A stretch of DNA of 64,000 nt, from contig CM059431.1 of assembly GCA_030390025.1 (NCBI GenBank), positions 130,016,001 through 130,080,000 of the forward strand. Reading direction: 5' to 3'. The number at the start of each line of letters is the position of its first letter. The stretch's first letter is position 1. Source of the stretch: Squalus acanthias. Taxonomy: Eukaryota. The position numbers and the translations under genes are program-made. This document shows, piece after piece, positions 1 to 11,006 of the stretch. A model generated the notes under the pieces. It did no database searches, was not told the DNA's origin, and was given only the letters and a program-made list of their open reading frames with translations.

Positions 1-129
1 CTTTTGCAATGGAGATCTATTCCCATGACATCTGACTTGTGTGTTTGCACTGCTGATCACTAATCCTCGATCACCCTTTATCCTAAATCCAGCCCATAGA
101 ATCATACCTATCAGCCAATGTCCCAGACT

Positions 130-2604
130 TGTCCATCACCATCCTGGGTATGTCCTGTCCCACCGGCAGGACAGACCCACCAGAGATGGCGGCACAGTGG
201 TATACAGTCAGGAGGGAGTGGCCCTCGGAGTCCTCAACATTGACTCCGGACCTCATGAAGTCTCATGGCTTCAGGTCAAGCATGGGCAAGGAAACCTCCT
301 GCCAATTACCACCTACCGCCCTCCCTCAGCTGATGAATCAGTACTCCTCCATGTTGAACAACACTTGGAAGAAGCACTGAGGGTAGCAAGGCCACAGAAT
401 GTACTCTGGGTGGGTGATTTCAATGTCCATCACCAAGAGTGGTTCGGTAGCACCACTACTGACTGAGCTGGCCGAGTCCTGAAGGACATAGCTACCAGAC
501 TGGGCCTGTGGCAGGTGGTGAGAGAACCAACATGAGAGAAAAACCTACTTGACCTTGGTCTTCACCTGTCCATGACCACCATCGAGTCCTTGTGGAGACG
601 ACGTCCTGTCTTTACACTGAGGACACCCTCCATCGTGTTGCGTTGCACTACCACCGTGCTAAATGGGATAGATTCAGAACAGATCTAGCAGCTCAAAACT
701 GGGCATCCATGAGGCGCTGAGGGCCATCAGCAGCAGCAGAATTGTATTCCACCACAATCTGTAACCTCATGGTCCAGCATATCCCTCACTCTACCATTAC
801 CATCAAGCCAGGGGACCAACCCTGGTTCAATGAGGAGTGTAGAAGCGCATGCCAGGAGCAGCACCAGGTGTACCTAAAACTGAGGTGCCAACCTGGGGAA
901 GCACCAGCACAGGACTACATGCATGCTAAACAGCGAAAGTAGCATGCTATCGACAGAGCTAAGCGATCCCACAATCAACGGATCAGATCAAAGCTCTGCA
1001 GTCCTGCCAAATCCAGTCAGATTCAACCAATTCAATCCACTCCATGTGATATCAAGAAATGGCTGAGCGCACTGGATACAGCAGAAGCTATGAGCCCCGA
1101 CAACATCCCGGCTGTCGTGCTGAAACCTCCAGAACTAGCTGCGCCTCTAGCTAAGCTGTTCCAGTACAGCTACAACACTGGCATCTACCCGACAATGTGG
1201 AAAACTGCCCAGTTATGTCCTGTCCATAAAAAGCAGAACAAATCCAATCCGGACAATTACTGCCCCATCAGTCTACACTCAATCATCAGCAAAGTAATGG
1301 AAGGTGTCGCCAACAGTGCTATCAAGCAGCACTTACTCACCAATAACCTGCTCACCGATGCTCAGTTTGAGTTCCGCCAGGACCACTCGGCTCCAGACCT
1401 CATTACAGCCTTGGTCCAAACATGGACAAAAGAGCTGAATTCCAGAGGTGAGTTGAGAGTGACTGCACTTGACAGCAAGGCAGCATTTGACCGTGTGTGG
1501 CATCAAGGAGCCCTCGTAAAATTGAAGTCAATGGGAATCAGGGGGAAAACTCTCCACTGGCTGGAGTCATACCTAGCACAAAGGAAGATGGTTGTGGTTT
1601 TTGGAGGTCAAATATCTCAGCCCCAGGACATCACTGCAGGAGTTCCTCAGGGCAGTGTCCTAGGCCCAACCATCTTCAGCTGCTTCATCAATGACCTTCC
1701 CTCCATCATAAGGTCAGAAGTGGGGATGTTCGCTGATGACTGCACAGTGTTGAGTTCTATTCGCAACTCCTCAGATAATGAAGCAGTCCACGTCCGCATG
1801 CAGCAAGACCTGGACGACCTGATAAGTGGCAAGTAACATTCGCGCCACACAAATGCCAGGCAATGACTATCTCCAACAAGCGAGAGTCTAACCACTGCCT
1901 CTTGACATTCAACGGCATTACCATCGCTGAATCCCCCACCAACAACATCCTGGGGGTCACCATTGACCAGAAACTTAACTGGACCTGCCACATAAATACT
2001 GTAACTACAAGTGCAGGTCAGAAGCTGGGTATTCGGCGGTGAGTGTGTCACCTCCTGACCCCAAAGCCTTTCCTCCATCTACGAGGCACAAGTCAGAAGT
2101 GTGATGGAATACTCTCCACTTGCCTGGATGAGTGCAGCTCCAACAACACTCAAGGTGCTTGACACCATCCAGGACAAAGCAGCCCGGTTGATTGGCATTC
2201 GATCCACCACCTTAAACATTCACTCGCTCCACCACTTGTGCACCGTGGCTGCAGTGTGTACCATCTACAAGATGCATTGCAGCAACTTACCAAGGCTCCT
2301 TCGACCCGCGACCTCCACCACCTCGAAGGACAAGGGCAGCAGGCGCATGGGAACACCATCACCTGCAAGCTCCCCTCCAAGTCACACTCCATCCTGACTT
2401 GGAAGTATATCGCCGTTCCTTCATCGTCGCTGGGTCAAGATCCTGGAACTCCCTCCCTAACAGCACTGTGGGAGCACCTTCACCACACGGTCTGCAGCAG
2501 TTCAAGAAGGCTGCTCACCAACACCTTCTCAAGGGCAATTAGGGATGGCCAATAAATGCTGGCCTTGCCAGCGATGCCCACATCCCAAGATCGAATAAAA
2601 AAAA
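130..2604 (+). mobile_element. 5'-truncated, degenerate CR1/L2-group LINE (endonuclease remnant + RT)
   Basis: ORF fragments 41-466 (YRPP, VGDFN), 1090-1836 ([22 protein letters not shown]), 2101-2555; several stops/frameshifts; ends GGGCAATTAGGGATGG...GAATAAAAAAAA at ~2604. Confidence 0.9.
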
Positions 2605-2617
2605 TATGTAAATAATG

Positions 2618-2870
2618 AAAGAACTTAGATTTTACACAGCACATTTCATGACCTCAGTACGTCCTAAAATGCTTTACAGCCAATTCATTTATTTTGGCGT
2701 GGACATTGTTGTAATGTAGGATACGTGGCAGCCAATTTGTACACATAAACATCAGTTAAATAAATGAGCAGATAATTTGTTTCATTGTTGGTCGAGGGAT
2801 AAATTTTGGCCCGACCCTGGGAGAACTCCCCTGCCCTTCTTCAAATAGTGCCATGGGTTATTTTATGTTT
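2618..2870 (-). mobile_element. SacSINE1-like (Deu-domain) SINE fragment
   Basis: Matches the repeat at 8750-9168 and 10808-11006 (GCAGCCAATTTG, GAGAACTCCCCTG..CTTCTTC..ATAGTGCCATGGG). Confidence 0.7.
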
Positions 2871-3019
2871 ATGAAATCATTATGTCTTCAAGATATTTTT
2901 GGAGGTGTTATCAACACACATTTTTAAGAGATGATGTCCTTTAATTGTTTCTTTCAAAATATTATAAAATTCAAAACCCTGATAATGTGATAACATGTTA
3001 AAAGCACTGATGTGAATAG

Positions 3020-3590
3020 TTTCTCTGGTTGCGCAGTGGTTTAGCCAGAGAGTGACTAAGCCATGCAAGGCCCAGGTTTGATCCCCGGCCTATGCTGAGC
3101 AAGCTGATCACAGCTGGGGCAACAATAAGGGTCTTGCAATTGTCTTAATGCCCATGATTTAGGGAGGAGAAAATCAGACAGGATTCAAGTACTTTATTGC
3201 TATCCAGTGAGCTCTGCAGAAGTTTCTTGCAAGTGGGCATTGGGTGAGGTCAGTATTGGGGATTGGGCGAGGATAGTATTGGGCATTGGGCGAGGTCAGT
3301 ATTGGGCATTGGGTGAGGACAGTATTGGGCATTGGGTGAAGACAGTATTGGGCTCAGCTTATGCTTCACCCTCCCCCTCCCTCCCTCCCTCCCCACCTCC
3401 CCCTCCCTCCCTCCTCCCCACCCACCTCCACGCCCACCTCCAGTTGAATTGGCTGGCAACACTCATTGCCTAGATATACACATGAAGAATGGCCATTTGG
3501 ACAAGGTACTGGAGGCTGACTGGCACCGATAGAACCAGACCTAGCAAAAAATCAACAACTTTCAGGAGGGAAAGAGAAAGAATTGGTGGC
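3020..3590 (+). mobile_element. Degenerate tRNA-headed SINE-like element with internal minisatellite
   Basis: A-box-like TGGTTGCGCAGTGG and B-box-like GGTTTGATCCC near 3027-3085; family not identified. Confidence 0.45.
3235..3353. repeat. 23-bp minisatellite, ~5 copies
   Basis: Unit GGGCATTGGGTGAGGTCAGTATT repeated five times with few substitutions. Confidence 0.9.
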
Positions 3591-4074
3591 AAGAATTAGC
3601 GGGAAGAAATGTATTTGTTCTCAATTGTGTGTTACAGAAAAAGAGACTAGTAATGTCATTGGAAGTGATTCACAATAAATATTACGTATCACTAATAATC
3701 CAAAAATGATCATACAGATTACTTTATGAAGGAGGCTGCACAGCCCAGAAGTGTTGAGTAGAAAAAATATGGTATTCAGTGAATTATTTTATTTCATGTA
3801 TGCCTTGTGGTAATCTTAGAAATTAAAATACAAATCCTGTGGAGGTGGAATTGCTCTTCGGCAGCAGCATACAACAAGCAATGACGAATTGGCAGCCAGT
3901 ATCATATCACGCCCAATTTTCTTTTTCATTGACTTCAATGTCTAGAGTGCTTTTTCTTTTTTAAATTGCATTGTACAGATTGGAAATCGCCCAGAATGCT
4001 TAAGGATAGCCATCATCATGGTGCATGTGATGTTGTCATTGCAGTTTGGTTATGGAAGAGGAAGGAGTATCTGA

Positions 4075-4370
4075 ATATGGTGGTAGTACTCTCAGTTGGA
4101 CGCAAAAGATCCCATGGCATTTTTTCGAAGAAGCGCAGGGGAGTTATCCCCGGTGTCCTGGCCAATATATACTTCAATCAACATCACTAAAACAGATTAT
4201 CTGGTCATTATCACATTGCTGTTTGTGGGACCTTGCTGTGCGCAAATTGGTTGTTGTAGTTCCCTCATTACAACAGTGACTACACTTCAAAAGTACTTCA
4301 TTCAATGTAAAGCGCTTTGGGACTTCCTAAGGTTGTGAATGGTGCTGTATAAATGTAAGTTCTTTCTTTT
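4075..4370 (+). mobile_element. SacSINE1-like SINE, internally deleted
   Basis: Short head TGGTAGTACTCTC joined to GATCCCATGGCA...CTTGCTGTGCGCAAATTGG...GTAAAGCGCTTTGGGAC...GTTCTTTC. Confidence 0.75.
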
Positions 4371-4801
4371 ACTAGAACTTGACCTCCTGGGTGGTTTATT
4401 TTGTCCCTTTTATTTCTGCAATTTTTTGTATATAAATCTGTCATGGATCTTGGAAGTTTTTTGTGGGCTAGTTGTGCAGCGGCAGTGAGTTATTTTTGGG
4501 TTGCTGATGCTGCAGGATGTTTTGGGGCAGTGATGGCATTCTGGTTGCTGTGGTCAAGACTAACACTTATTGATAGCAACAGGACACACACTGATGGCTC
4601 GTGGGTTGTGGGGAATAAATTTTGAATGTATATATGTGATAGTAAGGATGTAGTGCATCCTTTTCTGGGCCATAAGTGTTGTATAAATACAGCATACATC
4701 AAGCATGTGATGCATACCCCATAGTGCTGACTATAACTTACAGAATTTTTCCACCTGCGAGTTGTCAGGTCATCCTGCTCAGGGAAGGTGAAACATTTTC
4801 C

Positions 4802-4968
4802 CTGGGGTGGACAAAATTGAGAGGTCGCACAACACCAGGTTATAGTCCAACAGTTTTATTTGAAATCACAAGCTTTCGGAGCTTACTACTCCTTCGTCGG
4901 GCCCGGAGCTTGTGATTTCAAATAAAACTGTTGGACTATAACCTGGTGTTGTGCGACCTCTCAATTTT
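4802..4968. mobile_element. Penelope-like element terminal fragment in inverted (fold-back) arrangement
   Basis: Perfect 62-bp inverted arms 4813-4874 / 4907-4968; minus strand has hammerhead-like CCGACGA-A-GGAGT..GCTCC-GAAAGCTT; same family as 48880-49088. Confidence 0.75.
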
Positions 4969-5411
4969 ACCTAATGTATCATACATAGATCGTATCCCTG
5001 TGATGTAGGAGATCTTTTCAAGTACCAAACACTTGCTAGACAATCGATGTGGCAGCTTTAAAATGTGCCCCACATCTGACAAACATCTGAATGGATGTTA
5101 AGTGGAAACTGTCTGGGTGGACTTTTCACTTTTCTACTGAAATTCTAGTTCCTGACAATATAAATATACTTTCTATAGATTTGCTGAATTGCAGATGCCA
5201 GCTGAGGAAATAAATGAGGTTTGTGGATTGCAGCAGAGTGAGGGCATTGCTTTCAAGTCAAGTGCGGTTCTGAAGGCTGTTTAACATGTACAATCGTTAG
5301 AATTGTTTATTTCAAAATAAGGAAGCAGCAACAAAAAAGGAAACAAAAACAGTATAAATGCTACATTTGGTATCATCATAACATCAAAGTCTTGAAATTA
5401 CACAGTGGGAT

Positions 5412-6248
5412 ACATAAGAACATAAGAACATAAGAAATAGGAGCAGGAGTAGGCCAATCGGCCCCTCGAGCCTGCTCCGCCATTCAATAAGATCATGGCT
5501 GATCTGATCCTAACCGCCAATCTACAATCTATCACAGAACCATCTCCTGCATCTAACAGAATTGCACACACGAAATAGGAGCAGAATCAGGCTACACAGT
5601 CCCTGGGCCCGCTCCACTAACCACAGGGCCATGACCGATCCGAACCTAGACTCATGTCCAAATTCCTGCCCGCTCCCCGTAACCCTTAATGCCCTTTACT
5701 TCTAGGAAACTGTCTATTTCTGTTTTAAATTTAATTAATGTTGTAGCTTCTACAGCTTTTTGTGGCAGCATATTCCATGGACCTACCACCCTCTGAGTGA
5801 AGTAGTTCCTCCTCATCTCAGTTTTGAAAGAGCAGCCCCTTATTCTAAGACTATGTCCCCTAGTTCTCGTCTCACCCGTCATCGGGAACATCCTCCCCGC
5901 ATCCACCCGATCCAACCCCTTCACAATCTTATATGTTTCAATAAGATCGCCTCTCATTCTTCTGAACTCCAATGAGTAGAGTCCCAATCTACCCAACCTC
6001 TCCTCATATGACCACCCCCTCATCCCCGGGATTAACCGAGTGAACCTTTTTTGCACTGCCTCGAGAGCAAGGATGTCTTTCCTTAAGTAAGGACACCAAA
6101 ACTGTATGCAGTATTCCAGGTGCGGTCTCACCAATACCTTGTACAACTGAAGCAATACCTCCCTATTTTTATATTCTATCCCCCTAGCAATGAAAGCCAA
6201 CATTCCATTTGCCTTCTTAATCACTTGCTGCACCTGCATACTAACCTT
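5412..6248 (-). mobile_element. 5'-truncated CR1 LINE (RT C-terminus, 3' UTR, (TTCTTATG)n tail)
   Basis: ORF 5652-6278 (LVRPHLEYC, RGDLIETYK, RTRGHSL); near-identical to 11007-11840. Confidence 0.95.
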
Positions 6249-6344
6249 ACTAATGGACAAATGCATAATGTGTTTCAAATTGATCTCTATGCTATTTTAG
6301 TGAAGGCATGAGCCATTCAAAATAAATGGTTCTACTAGAATCCC

Positions 6345-7649
6345 TCTCTCTCTCTTAGGCAGTCCCTCGGAACCGAGGATGACTTGCTTCCACATTAAAA
6401 ATGAGTTCTCAGGTGACTGATGAGTCCAATGCGGGACCTACAGTCTCTGTCACAGGTGGGGCAGACGGTGGTTGAAGGGGCGGGTGGGTGGGGTGCTTGG
6501 GTTGACGTGCGCTCTTTGCGCTGCCTGCGCTTGGCTTCCGCTTGCTCCCGGCGAAGAGACTCGAGGTGTTCGGCGCCTTCCCGGATGCTTCTCCTCCACT
6601 TTGTGCGGTCTTGGGCCAGGGATTCCCAGGTGTCAGTGGGGATGTTGCACTTTTTCAAGGAGGCTTTGAGGGTGTCCTTGAAGCGTTTCCTCTGCCCACA
6701 TGGGGCTCTCTTGCCGTGCTGGAGCTCCGAGTAGAGTGCTTGTTTTGGGAGTCTCGTATCGGGCATGCGGACGATGCGGACGATGTGACCCGTCAATCAG
6801 AGCTGATCGAGCGTGGTCAAAGCTTCGATGCTGGGGATGTTGGCCTGAGCGAGAACACTGACGTTGGTGCGCCTATCCTGCCAATGGATTTGCAGGATCT
6901 TGCGGAGACAGCGTTGGTGGTACCTCTCCAGTGCTTTGAGGTGCCTGCTGTACATGGTCCATGTCTCTGAGGCATACAGCAGGGCAGGTATCACTGCTGC
7001 TCTGTAGACCATGAACTTAGTGCCGGGTTTGATGTCCTGGTCTTCAAACACTCTCTTCCTCAGGCGACCGAAGGCTGCACTGGCACACTGAAGGTCGTGT
7101 TGGACTTCGTCATCGACGTCTTGCCATTGTTGACAGTAGGCTCCCGAGGTATGGAAAGTGGTGCACATTGTCCAAGGCCTTGTCGTGGATTTTGATAATC
7201 GGGGGGCAGTACTGTGTGGCGAGGGCAGGTTGGGAGAGGACCTTTGTCTTACGGATGTTTAGTGTAAGGCCTATGCTCTCGTACGCTTCGGTGAAGGTGT
7301 TGACGATGGTTTGGAGTTCGACCTCTGAGTGAGCGCAGACGCAAGCGTTGTCTGCATACTGTAATTCAATGACAGAGGATGGGACGACCTTGGATCTGGT
7401 CTGGAGGCGACGGAGGTTGAACAGTTTCCCGTTTGTTCTGTAAATTAGCTCCACTCCAGCGGGGAGCTTACTGAGGGTGAGATGGAGCATTGCAGCCAGG
7501 AAGATTGAGAAGAGCGTTGGTGCGATGACACAGCCTTGCTTGACCCCAGTCCGTACGCGAATTGGGTCTGTGGTGGAACCGTTGGTCAGGATCACAGCTT
7601 GCATGTCGTCGTGAAGCAGGCGGAGGATAGTGACAAACTTTTGAGAGAA
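6345..7649 (-). mobile_element. 5'-truncated RTE-clade LINE
   Basis: ORFs 7110-7670 (TGVKQGCVIAPTLF, LQYADN), 6797-7168, 6395-6796 (RLPKQALYSEL, CPTC...HLRTH); AG-repeat tail; diverged 14-bp TSD TCTACTAGAATCCC (6331-6344) / TCTGCTAGAGTCCC (7650-7663). Confidence 0.92.
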
Positions 7650-8749
7650 TCTGCTAGAGTCCCACAGCATCGTTTAATGATCTGTGCCTTTTGTCATGCA
7701 CGATCAGAAGCAATACTTGCTCATACACACTGCTGTGTGTTTGAAAGCATTTTTGGTTAAGAGCTACAGGTTTACTGGGGATGTGAGAATTAATTATTTC
7801 CTGCTTAAATATTTTTTCAATCTTTTCTCCAGTGAAACGAGTGAGTTATAAAGACGGAGATAACTGAAAATATTTAATTGCAAATTCTGTGCAGCATAAA
7901 AAGTAACAATACATAAAAATGTGTTTATTTTATTGCAAGTCAGTTTATTATTTCACTCCTAATGTTGTTGTGAAATATATGCTAAGAGGTTGAGGAGCTA
8001 AGCAAGATGTGAAACTTTGGCATCACAATTAGGACCAACATTTTTAACTTCTTGGTGTTAAAAGCTACAATGCAAAAATAAAAATCCATGTGCCATACAT
8101 TTCCATACTCATTATTTAAAAAATATTTAACATTTTATAATTAGTCCTTCTTCCTGATCCTCCTCTTGATTCTTTCATCCACCACATACAAATGCATTAG
8201 TTTTCATCCAAATAGGATATACTATAATGGCATATTTTCTTTAAGACTTTTTCCTCACAACAGCTATGAGGGGCTGTTTTTCCCCAATCCTTACTGTGTA
8301 TAGAGGCACGTTCTATATTTACTCCTCAGTTCTGTTTTGTAGTCTTTGTGAAGTGCAACTTCTTTTTATTTTCCACATTATGTTCTTTAGTTAAGACATG
8401 TATAGAATTGAGATCAGTATTCTGATTAAAGCCCTGCCATTAGTTATCTCCATATTGCTGTCAGTTTGTTTCCATCAGCTAAACAGTACAATATCCTGCC
8501 ACTAAGCCTTTTCAGTGAAAGGTACCCATCAATGTGTGACAAGTAAAAAGTCGCATTTGAAATTTTGCATTGCTTGTTTCTTTTGGAAAATGTTGACAGG
8601 TTGAATCCCTTTTATTTATGTGTACCTGTGAGTAGCTGAGGTAGAATGCAAAGACAAGAACAGCAGAGTAAGAGTTAACATAAAAGAGGGAAATCCTGGA
8701 AGGGCTGTGCCATAATGAAAGAAAGGAAGGAAGGGAGAAATAAAGAAGG

Positions 8750-9168
8750 AACTAACTTGCATTTATATAGCATCTTTCATGACCTTGGGACATCTCAAAG
8801 CACTTTACAGCCAATTAAGTACTTTTTAATTTGACGTGTAGCCATAGTTGTAATGTAAGCAGCCAATTTGTGCATAGCCAGGTCCCACAAACAGCAATTA
8901 AATAATCTGTTTTAGTGATGTTGGTGGAGGGATAAATATTGGCCAGGGTATCAGGAGAACTCCCCTGCGCTTCTTCGAATAGTGCATGGAATCTTTTACT
9001 TCCACCTGAGAAGGAAGAGTTTAACGGCAACTCTAACTGTGCAGCATTCCCCCAGTACTTTGTTGAATTGTCAAGCCTAGATTATGTGCTAAAGTCTCTG
9101 GAGTGGGGCTTGATTGCACAACCTTCTGACTCAGAGGTGAGAGTGCTACCACTAAGCCAAGGTTGACA
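8750..9168 (-). mobile_element. SacSINE1-like SINE, near full length
   Basis: tRNA-like head on minus strand at ~9168-9105, conserved body and TATATAAATGCAAGT tail. Confidence 0.8.
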
Positions 9169-9221
9169 CCTGTTCAAGTAAGCAAGGGAGTTGTAGATAA
9201 CAGTCCTGATCTTTTATAATA

Positions 9222-9980
9222 GGCCAGAAATTCGGGTCTCCACGGGTGAGTATGCGCTGGGTACTCACCCGTAGACCCAACGAAAGTGCCGGTTTCGCAC
9301 ATGCACTGCGCGTGCGCTGGAAACCGGAACTTCCGTTCCCCTGAAGGAAGGGGCTCAGAGGTCGAACGCGTGCGCCGGAGAGGCAGCGCGTAGACCTCAA
9401 ACTTCGGGGTTTTTTTCAGGTTTCTCCGTGAGGGTAAGTACGGAGAAGCTGCGCGGGGAAAAAGGAGGCACAAGGCCTGCTTTTAACAAGGTAAGTGGTG
9501 AATTAAGTACAATTTAAACATTTTTTCCACAGGTTTATCTTTTTTACATACTTTAAAGAAAGGTAAGTTTATTTTTAGCACCGTTAAAAAGTGTAATTAA
9601 TTTTTTCAAAAATTTAAATTTTTGTTTAAAGTAGTTAATTTATGTAATTTATAGTTATTTTAAAAATGTGATTAAAAAAAAATTATTTGAAGTTTTAGTG
9701 AGGTTTTGGGGCTGATCTCTAGTCATAGATTTGACAGGTCTTCCTGTCAAATCTATGAATGAAGATTCCCTGCTCCGATTGGCTCTCCATGGCCCACGTG
9801 ACCCCAGGGGACGCTTCGAACTAGTTGCGCCGCTGGGATACGCAAGCACTGCGCGCCGGCAGCTGTAGGAGGCCCAGGAGCCGAATTCCACGCGGGCCCA
9901 CAGCACAACGGCAGGCGCGGTATCCAAATGCAGGTCTGGGGCTTGCAGCCGCGGGAAGCTCCCGACCCGAATTTCTGGCC
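9222..9980. mobile_element. Non-autonomous TIR element (Harbinger-like MITE)
   Basis: Perfect 17-bp TIR GGCCAGAAATTCGGGTC (9222-9238 / 9964-9980); GC-rich subtermini, AT-rich core. Confidence 0.8.
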
Positions 9981-11006
9981 CATTATTGTATATAAGCTGG
10001 AGCTTTTTAGTAGGTTGCAGATATGTTTGGTGAAATAGGAAAGATGCAAGTTAATTTAAGATTTTCTTAACTTTTGTGTTTTTGTTCTTGCTGTAAAAAA
10101 AACCCTCTGCCCTGATAGAACAATTTGCTTATTTGATAATTGTAGGTATAGCTGTGCATTAATTTTGGTCAGAATATTTTATTTTGTACCTCTTGATATG
10201 CAGGAAGCATTGAAGAAATTGTAAGGCTGATTTTCTACTATCTGTGACTTTTGCTTTGCTGAGAGAGTGCTTTTTTTCCCCAAACAGTCTGCTATTGAAT
10301 AATTGTAGGTAAGGTCTGCTACATTAATTCTCTCTGTGAAAGTGTGCCCAACTCAATTAAATACATCAGTGGCAAATAAAAGTCGTACTTAACCACACTG
10401 GTTGACTTCTGTGTCCAATTGAGGTAGAAAGAGACCATAGAGGAAGGAAAGGTAACAAATGTAGAAACGCAACACAGAGTCTCCATTTAAACAGTCCAAG
10501 TAAGTAATGGAAAATCAAACTGCCAACGCCCTCTGTGTTAGTAGCTCATGTGGTTAATTTGTTTCTTTGAGCAATCAGGTTTTTCTACCAGAAGTAAACA
10601 ATGTTGCTTTTGAAGCAATAGGGATTTGTTCACACCAAGGCTCAAGAAGCCCATGTGGTGACACCAACAAGGGCCTAGAAAGAAATCCTGTCTTGCTGTT
10701 GCTCTCACTACCCATACACGGTGTCAATTTGCTCCCACAATATGACAGCAAAATACTCCCACAATAGCAATTTGCTCCCACAATATATTGGTCAGCTTAG
10801 TGGATGAAAAGAAAGAAAGGCTTTCATTTATATAGGGCGTTTCATGACCTCAGGACATCGCAAAGGGCTTTACATTGAATGAAGTACTTTTGAAGGGTAG
10901 TCACTATTGTAATGTAGGAAACGCGGCAGCCAATTTGCGCACAGCAAGGTCCCACAAACAGCAATGTGATAATGACCAGATAATCTGTTGTGGTGATGCT
11001 GGCCAG

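Noticed and set aside
3235..3353. CRISPR-like array
   Set aside because: Head-to-tail repeats with no unique spacers; eukaryotic context; no cas genes
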